From: the human T2T-CHM13v2.0 reference genome, Homo sapiens
Assembly (NCBI RefSeq): GCF_009914755.1
Contig: NC_060928.1
Direction: 5' to 3' (one strand)
DNA length: 64,000 nt
In this document: in pieces, positions 42,066-64,000 of the stretch
Layout: every line of letters starts with the position of its first letter
How positions within the stretch are numbered: the first letter of the stretch is position 1
Translations under genes and position numbers: made by a program
Notes under the pieces: model-generated
What the model was told of the DNA's origin: nothing
Databases searched by the model: none
What the model saw: the letters and a program-made list of their open reading frames with translations, nothing else

Positions 42066-42407
42066 GGTTTTCCCCACCTTATCAGCAGAAGATATGTTCC
42101 AAGATCTCTAACAGATGCCTGAATCCTGGAATGGTACTGAACCCTATATATACTGTGTTTCAGTCTGACAACCAAGATGGCTACTAAGTTGGCATGGTTA
42201 GCTTATATAGTGTGGATACACTGGACAAAGGGGTGATTCAAGTCCTGGGCTGGATGGAATGGGACAGCACAAGATTTCATCACTCAGAAGCATGAAATTT
42301 AAAACTTATAAATTATTTATTTCTGGAATTTTCCAATTAATATTTTCAAACCACAGGTAACTGAAATGGTGGAAAGCGAAACCATGATTGAGAGGGAATT
42401 AACTATA
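42066..42407 (-). mobile_element. MER44A-like Tigger MITE
   Basis: ccttatcagcagaagatatgttccaaga...ggtaactgaaa...gaaagcgaaaccatg; same family as the element at 1-502. Confidence 0.7.
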
Positions 42408-43240
42408 TTGTTTTGTGAACTTTCACACTTACCTTTAGAAGGTTGGAGAAACATTAAATGGTGTTTCAAATTTGCAAAGTCCATTTCTGACTCATATATT
42501 AAAGTATTTGACCTTTAGTACCAAATATTCCATTAAGAAGGTACAAGTTTACACTCCTGCGAGGAATATATGAGTGTTTATTTCCCTAAACCCTTCATCG
42601 ATACAGGCATTATCAGATATCTCTTTAAATATTGGCCAATTTAGTGGGCAAAGAATGCTATCTTGTATAAAAGTATATGATTGCATACTTTTACATATGT
42701 TTTTGCACAATTTATAATCTGAGTTCTCTAGGCAATTATTAATTTATTTAATCAACACATTTATTGAACTTTGAGCCTAGGCATTGCATTTGTGTTTCTT
42801 ACTCATTTTTTACCTGGTACTTTCATCTTTCACATAAATTAGTAAAAGTTTACGTGTTGATTAAAGACTTTTTATTACATTATCTTTTTCTGAGTTGGCC
42901 TTTATGGAAGAAGGTGTTGTTTTGTTTTAGTTTGCTATTGTAAAGTTTAAAATATATGTCACTTTCTTGTGGTTTCTCAGAAAAAAATCCCCCCCAATTA
43001 AAAAATATCTATATTTTTGAAATTCTAATTCTTTAATAGTTTTAGTTGTTACATTTAAATCTTTAAACTACCAATAATTTCTTCTGGTTGGTAGTTTGAG
43101 GTGGAAATCTAATATTCCTTTTGATGTTAGTTACTTTTCAAAATACCATTGTAAAAAAGCCAGATTTGTATCAGATTGATTTGAAGTGCCTTTATTATGT
43201 ATTAAGTACACCAGGGACTTTCTTCACTTGCATTCTGTTC

Positions 43241-50000
<6,760 letters not shown>

Positions 50001-51249
50001 CACAGTCTGCTCTTATACCAGAACCACACTCACTCAATTATTGCAGCTTTCTATTAAATTTTTACATCCAGCGGGCTGTTTTCTGTTTGGTAATTATCTT
50101 AAGGGTTTTTGACCTGAGATACATAGAAGGTATAAGCTGTCCTGAAATTGTACCCAGTTTTTCAAAAATACAGGTATATGGATTTTCCTTAAGAGATGGA
50201 CCATAATTTTAATTAGATTCTTAAAAGGATCCATGACCCAAAACATTAAATATCACTAACCTAAAGGAAGCGAAAACATTATAATATAATTCAATGTTCT
50301 GCACTAAGAACTTAGCCAAATATTAAAATATTTTCTTCCAATATTTACACAAAAAGTCATTTGCTTTTGTAAAACTCCTTTTTCATAGCACTATAGGAAA
50401 GTGAGGTTTTGTTCATTTGCTTTTGGTTTTTTGTTTATTTGCTTGCTTTTAGACATAGCTTATCCTATCTCAATAACAACAGTATAAAATCAAACAAAAC
50501 AAAACTCAGCAGCAAACAGAAGAGTATATTTAGTGGATGACTCATCTAAAAAGTCTCGAAAATTTCCAGTGAGTCAGATATTGTGTTAGTTGCTATTGCA
50601 TACAAGAAGAAGCCTTTCTGTCCAACAAAAGTGTTCTCTCCCAGTTACTCTCTATTTCCCCACAATACATTTGTATATATGTTTATTTTGTCTTCCTCAC
50701 TAGAATGTAAGCTCCAAGCAGTCCATTTTATCCACCATTATACTCTCAGTACTTAATTCAGTGTCAGGTACATAGTAGGAATTCAATAAATACAGAATCA
50801 GTAATATATTTTAATCTCTTTCATGTGGGGAATTGTGTTGCTTTGGTTTGTATTGTTTTATTTTGTTTAATGTCCTTAACAAATGAGCAAATCAAATGCT
50901 AAAGAACATAAAGGAGTAACAGTTACTGCCTTATGTCATCTGAATAGTTTTTATAAAGAGGATGCTGGTCAATTATATTCCCTGTCCATGAAGGAAAAAG
51001 CAAAAGGGCTTTTTTGAGTGAGTTTATGCCAAAGTGAAGAGAGAAGTTTCTCAAAAAATGTTAGTTTGATATTTACCATCATAAATCTGGCCCAGCATAG
51101 AGCATGGCTCAAACTAGGTGCTTAATAAATATCTGTTGAATGAGTGATACTGAATGACCATCAAGGGAATAAGACAGTGAAATGTGCAATCTGTAGGGCA
51201 TGCTACTTCTCTGTCACTAGTACATCTTTAATAAGAAAAGGAGGTTAAG

Positions 51250-57385
<6,136 letters not shown>

Positions 57386-58433
57386 GAAAGAAAAGGGAAG
57401 CTTGCTCTTCCACATGTCTGATAACTAGGTTCAGTCACAGATTTTTTCTCACCGTCTGCTTGTGTTTCAGTCAGAGGGAAAACATATGCAGAGCCTATAG
57501 ACTAATTTTCCTGCTGGATGTTTTCTACTTTACATAGAACAGCTAGCTCAATTATCTGAGAATAATCGATAACTCAGTACAGTTTTGGAATGTAGCACAT
57601 ATTTTGTTGAGAACAACAACTTTATCCCTTAAAACATTCTCAGTAATTAGAAAAAGTAAGCTAGAACTTCTTGGGTGGGCAAGGAAACCCAGCGTAGGAT
57701 TAAAATTTACCATGGACAATTAAAACCATGGTTTATATACATAAACAACTGGGAGTTGACTATATATAATAATAAGTGAATTTTATACATATATTTTGTC
57801 ACTGCAAATTTATAAATGATCATGTCAGTTATTTGATTTAAAACTTTTTCATATTAGATCCCTCACAAATCATCCCAGAACTTACTTTAAAGTTGAATGA
57901 GACTAAAAAAACATAAATACATTCCTAAGTATAGAGTGACTGCTCTTTTCTTACTATATTTTGAGTTTAGTACTGCCACAATGCAGAGTGATGTCACTGA
58001 TACTCTGAGTAGGCTTTTAGCTGACTACATGGAGGCATGTTTGTTACTGAATTAAGAGCAGCCAGCTGCTTTGGGAAAGTGTGTATGTATTTTGGGAAAT
58101 GAAAGGGGGTGGTGGGGAGAGAGGAAACAATGCACGTGAATTACTAAAGCTTGATTTTTCCCCCAGTCTTACCATAAGAGAGCATCTTTGGATTATTTCT
58201 AGAATTGCACAACTGGAAATATTTCATGTAACCAAATCATGAATTTCAGCATCATCATTAAACTTCCAAATTTTCTGACAGAATAAAGTCAATCTGATTT
58301 TTAAAGATATCCAGAGCAAAAAATTTTATCCTCTCAGTAAATCTTTAGCATATTTTCCATAGCTCACCTCAAGGAAATTCTATTTTAGACAAACTCTTCA
58401 TGCTATTAATACATTTAAAATGCATCTCAGAAA

Positions 58434-58766
<333 letters not shown>

Positions 58767-59379
58767 TCAGGTACTTATGTCAATAGAAAGGGACAACAAC
58801 TATCAACTAACTTCCCTTGCTTTAAATTAGAATGTACTTCAAAACTACTATTTTTAACCTGTGTTTCCTTTATTATTGTTTATATAGTAGTGTTGGAATT
58901 ATCAGACTGAGCAGTCCTAATTTTACTTTTTGAGTCTTATTTCCTACATCTTTGAATATTTCTAAGGCTATCTAGCAAGTCTAGCCCAATTTTCAATTTC
59001 TTCTTGGCTATAAATCTTACAGAACTAGTAAGTGATTCGAACAGAATAATTAAGGTCAATTATTCATCCTCTTAATTACCTAAAACTCTGTAATTCTTGT
59101 TGTCTGACAGAGAAGCCCTGCCTTGTTCTTCCTTATAATAGTCTTGGCTATTCTTGTCCTTTTGCTCTTCCATCCGAAATTAAGATCTGCTCTCCATGTA
59201 CCATGAAAAAGGCTTTAGGGATTTTTATTGGAGCTGCACTCAATTTAGAGATTAATAGGGAAGAACTGACATCTTCTAAAGTCTTCTTATTCCTCAACAT
59301 GGTATATATGAACAAGATAGTTCCCTTCAATTCCTACTTTATCATGAACGGTTGCCAATTTTAGTATCTACTGAGGTGA

Positions 59380-59751
<372 letters not shown>

Positions 59752-62700
59752 TTATATTCCTGAGGAAAAACTTAACTTGCTCAAGAAAAGGTTTTTTCCA
59801 GTTACTAACATTTTATTTTTAATTTTAATTTTATTATCTTTGTTCCTAAGTGTGATTGGACTTTCTGATATTATCCTGATCTGTTTTGGATCAAGATTAT
59901 TCTAGCACCATTAACTGATCTGAAGAATATTTTTTCTATTCCCTGGAACTGCTTTTATAAAACAGGGATAATTTTTCTCAAATGCTTGGTTCACTGGCCT
60001 ATAAAACCATCTAGTATATTTGGGGACGGGAGAAAACAAGTTAAATTTTAAGCTATTTATTAAATTTCCTTAATTGTAATTGGTATATTCAGGTTTTCCA
60101 TTTCTTCTTGAATCACTTTTCTAAGATGTATTTTTCTAAGACATTGTCTGGGTTGACTTTATTTCTTTATCTAGGCTGGTGATGAAAACTTAAAACGAAA
60201 ATCTAGGCTTCTAACTGACTTTGAAAAACACCTTGTATTATTTTTTGACCCTCTAGCAATTTGTGTTCTCACCTAATAGTTACGCTGTCTAGACCATATT
60301 TTCTAAATTTATTGCCTTGTACAAGTGAATCACCTAACCTTCCTAGAGCCAAGAAAAATTAGAACTATCTCTTCTTTCTTCTGATCTACCTGGGACATTT
60401 ATCCTAATAGATCAGGCGAGTCTGACAGTGTTTATTCTTCATGAAGAGTTGCTGGCAGCTATCAGCAAGGTGCTTGCAATGTTTTTTCTTCAATGATTTT
60501 TAAAGGTACAGACATTTACTGTATAGAATTTATACTCACTTTGCTATAGTTCTTGGAGGCTTTTACTATGAATATCATCAAAAGTGTTTTTCAAGACCAA
60601 ATTTTAGAAACAGTAATAGAAAATGTACAATAGAATGAAACCTTGAACAGTTTTCTTGAAGAGGCACATGGTCCTTAAGAAGATATGGTGGAATGCAAAT
60701 CCAGAGTAATTTATACTCAATCGTGTGTTTTCCTATCTCCCAGTCATATATTAAAATGTACTATAAATTTATGTCACTAGTAAGAAGCACTTATGGATGT
60801 CTCTGATGATGTGCCAAAGCAATTGAAAGAAGATTGCCAGTTGCCATCAGATGCAAATTAAAAGATTATTATCAAATGTCATGGGAGAGGAGAAGCATTT
60901 CAGGGTCTTTTTTTTTTTTTTTTTTTTGGTCCCATCCTAGGGATTCCAGAATGAAGGAGCTATAGCAGCAGCTGCTCTTTTACAGTGTATCTGTATGGCC
61001 TTCACAATGAATTCACTGATTTTTGTAGTCTGGAGAAAATCTTCCTCTCATCTGTGTTTTCCTCAAAGTCACCCTTTACCTCTCCTCCTTGTCCTTTATA
61101 CATAGCTTTGTCTTATCGCCAAGCTCAGACTTTTGGAAAAGATAGAAAAAAAAAAAAGGTCATCTTTAAGTTGCTAAATTTGAATTTCTAAATACATTAT
61201 CCTGTGACAGTCTTATTTTCAATAAGAAGCCATTCATTCCTTTGAGGAGGGGAGTAATGGATGAGTTTAAGAAATGGGAAAATCCAATGTATTTGAAATC
61301 AAGACTTGACCATCTCACAACAAAATAGATGTGGACTATCTCAGGAGGGGCAGGAACTAGTGCTTCTGGATATCTTGCTACCTGTGGCTGAAATAAATTG
61401 GCTGATGCAAATTAAAACAGGTAAAAAAATGTGAGTAATGACTAGCAAAACTTTGACCTGTTGGGGATTTTATTAGGCATCAGGGATTATAAAAGCAAAG
61501 GAGTAACCTAATGGAGACGGCATATTTTCTACTCAATTCTAATCAACAATCTCTTCTTAATCTTCAGGTTACCTAAACATTACACATATGGTGAAAGCTG
61601 AAATTATTAAGAAATAAAGTTTACTTAGGTTACTTGAAAATAATTGCAAAGACACAAATGGTCAACATTTACCTTAAATCGTAACTTGCAAATGAAATGC
61701 AATTGAATGGGTTTTCTTACTTTCTGCCTCATGCCTTACACCTTTGGTGACTTTTCCACATGAGAAAAATAAATGAAAATAGAAAAATTTAGCTTTCCTA
61801 CTATAAAATTACTAATTTTTTACCTCACTCTTTGATAACTAGTAACTAGTATATTGCTTTGTGGTACTAGTGTTCACAGCACAAGTGTTTTTTCAACTGT
61901 TTTCTTGGGAAAGGCATACTGCTTTCTGACTGTACAAATCATTTATATGATGCTCAATCTATCATTCTGGATCAAATTGCCTTTGGTCTTTTTATATCAC
62001 TGCTCTTGAAGAACATAGGGTCCTTGCAATGACATTTGTGCTGCTTGAAGTGGGGACCAATCCTGGGTAACCTTTTATGAAATCACTGAATGGCAGCTAG
62101 CCTAATACTGGTTGTCCTCCTTTAGGCGATGACATTTGAGCTGCTGCGATCTTCATCTTGCAGCATCTCAAAGCCAATTATTCATCCAGGTTTTCAGCAG
62201 CATTAGCAATGATTCCTTCTTTTTCTTGCTGACTTTATAAAATGTATTTTGGCACTGTCAATTAGCCATGTATTCAAAAAGACAAGCTTTGGGTGAATGT
62301 TGACTCAGGCTCACACCCATGCTAATGATAGAAGTGCTGTAACTACACAGCCAACTCCCCATAATAAGAGGGAATGTACACATAAATTGAAAAATTTATT
62401 AATCCTATTAGTTTAATCATTAAAGTCAAATTTTCGATTATCCATGCTAAATTAAGGAAGCAATTTATAGGTAATCCAAAATATCTTTTTGTATTAGACT
62501 TGGCTCTTTGCTTGCAATTTACTACAAGTAATATGACACTTGAGAGGTGGCAACATAAAAAAGCATATAATTCTTGCAGCTGGGATTTAGTAAAAACATA
62601 AAAACTTGTTTGCAACCAAAAAAAACTTGGTTTAGATTTAAAGACAGCCATGGATCCACAAAGCAGTCTATGTATAAAGAATGGAGTATATTTTTAAACA

Positions 62701-63127
62701 TCCACTCTAAATTGTTTTTTTTTAGAGAGTTTGCTGGATTAGAGAGTCAGTGGGTGTTCCTTAAATTATCCACACATCTCTTATCCATTTTCTGCCCGGC
62801 TAGTGTCCCCAAGAAGCTGACACTGGGAGGCATCAGTAGAAAATCAGAAGACAGAAGAAATAGAGATATAAGGGTACCACTCCCTGCTCTCTGTGTCCAT
62901 GAAGAAGTCTATGGCACTCTGTATGTCTTAAGAACTATCTTAGGGGCCTTCCTCTAGGGTTGCAGTTGTCAGGGGCTGCGGTTTCCACCATTGTCCCTTT
63001 ACACCCAAAGCTGTTTATATGCTTCCCATTTTTGCTAGTGTCTTTGCATCTCACCACCTCTTATTCCCTTCACTCAGCCTACACATCTGTCCATTGTCCC
63101 TGCATTAAAGTGTTTGCATTTGAACCA

Positions 63128-63493
63128 TGCTATGGTCTGAATGTGCCCCCCAAAATTATATGTTGAAACAATTGCCAATGCAATAGTATTAAGAGGTGGG
63201 GACTTTAGGGGGTGATTAAGTCATGAGGGCTCCACCCTCGTGTATGGGTTTAAAGCCTTATTTTAAAAAGCTTTGCATAGCATTTGCTCCCTTTGCTTTT
63301 CCACCTTTTGTTATGTAGGAATGCAGCAAGAGGTGCTATCTTGGAAGAAGACAGCACCCCTCACTAGACACCAGATCTACCAGTGCCTTGATTTTGGACT
63401 CCCCTGCCTCCAGAACGGTGATAAAATAAATTTTTGTTCTTTATAGATTTCCCAGTCTTCATATCTTGTTACAGCAGTGAACAGACTAAGACA
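63128..63493 (+). mobile_element. MaLR solo LTR (MST/MLT1A-like) nested in an older LTR (about 62700-63540)
   Basis: tgctatggtctgaatgtg...gactaagaca; near-TSD aacca/agcca. Confidence 0.85.
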
Positions 63494-63698
63494 AGCCACC
63501 TGATGTTACTTATTACCTGCTGGAACCCTGATTCCTGCAGAGAAACTAAAAATATATAGACATAAACTGCTTTGATTTTATCTTTGTAAATCTCTAATTA
63601 TCAGAATTGCCTGGAAAATATTTTTTAAACACAGATGACTGGGTTCAATCTCAGTCCTTCTGTAAAGGATGGAGCAAATAGGACTAAGTCTGGTTCAT

Positions 63699-64000
63699 TG
63701 ATATGGTTTGGGTATGTGTGTCTTTGCCCAAAGCTCATGTCAACTTATAATCCCCAGTGTTGAAGGTGGTGCCCGGTGGGAGGTGATGGACTGATGAGGG
63801 TGGACTTCTCATGGTTTAGCACTATCCCCCACTTGGTACTGTATAGTGAGTTATCATGAGATCTGGTTGTTTTAAAAGTGTGTAGCACCTCCCCCATCTC
63901 TCTCTTCCTCCTGCTCCAGCCATGTAAGACGAGTCTGCTTCCCCTTTCCCTTCTACCATAATTATAAGTTTCCTGAAGCCTCCCCAGAAGCAGCAGCCTG
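63699..64000 (+). mobile_element. MSTA-like MaLR LTR, cut by the window end
   Basis: tgatatggtttgg...taatccccagtgttg...gagatctggttgttttaaaagtgtgtagcacctcccc. Confidence 0.85.

Overview
Primate genomic DNA, human or a great ape (AluY and L1PA2-type insertions are present). The left ~39 kb holds the 3' part of GSTCD on the + strand: seven coding exons at 14081-14196, 14358-14402, 16799-16927, 25588-25721, 28986-29016, 33192-33261 and 36568-36704. They splice by GT-AG rules into one open frame ending ...NNMIVGVPI*, which encodes a class I SAM-dependent methyltransferase-like domain (VDFCSGGGH, LHACG, CPCCY). The predicted ~2.1 kb 3' UTR contains an inverted Alu pair. The rest is intronic or intergenic and repeat-rich: Alu, MIR, L2, HAL1, MaLR/ERV LTRs, Tigger/MER DNA transposons, and two full-length but inactivated L1PA elements placed head-to-head (43241-50000 on -, 51250-57385 on +). 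Nearly all long ORFs in the track come from L1, Alu or LTR sequence. I found no evidence of a new multi-gene system. The best leads are the L1 inverted pair with two convergent ORF0-like frames, the 3' UTR inverted Alus with a poly(A) signal between them, a possible recursive-splicing exon, and the orphan methyltransferase domain. Repeat subfamily names were recognised by eye from remembered consensus sequences, and repeat boundaries are approximate unless TSDs are given.
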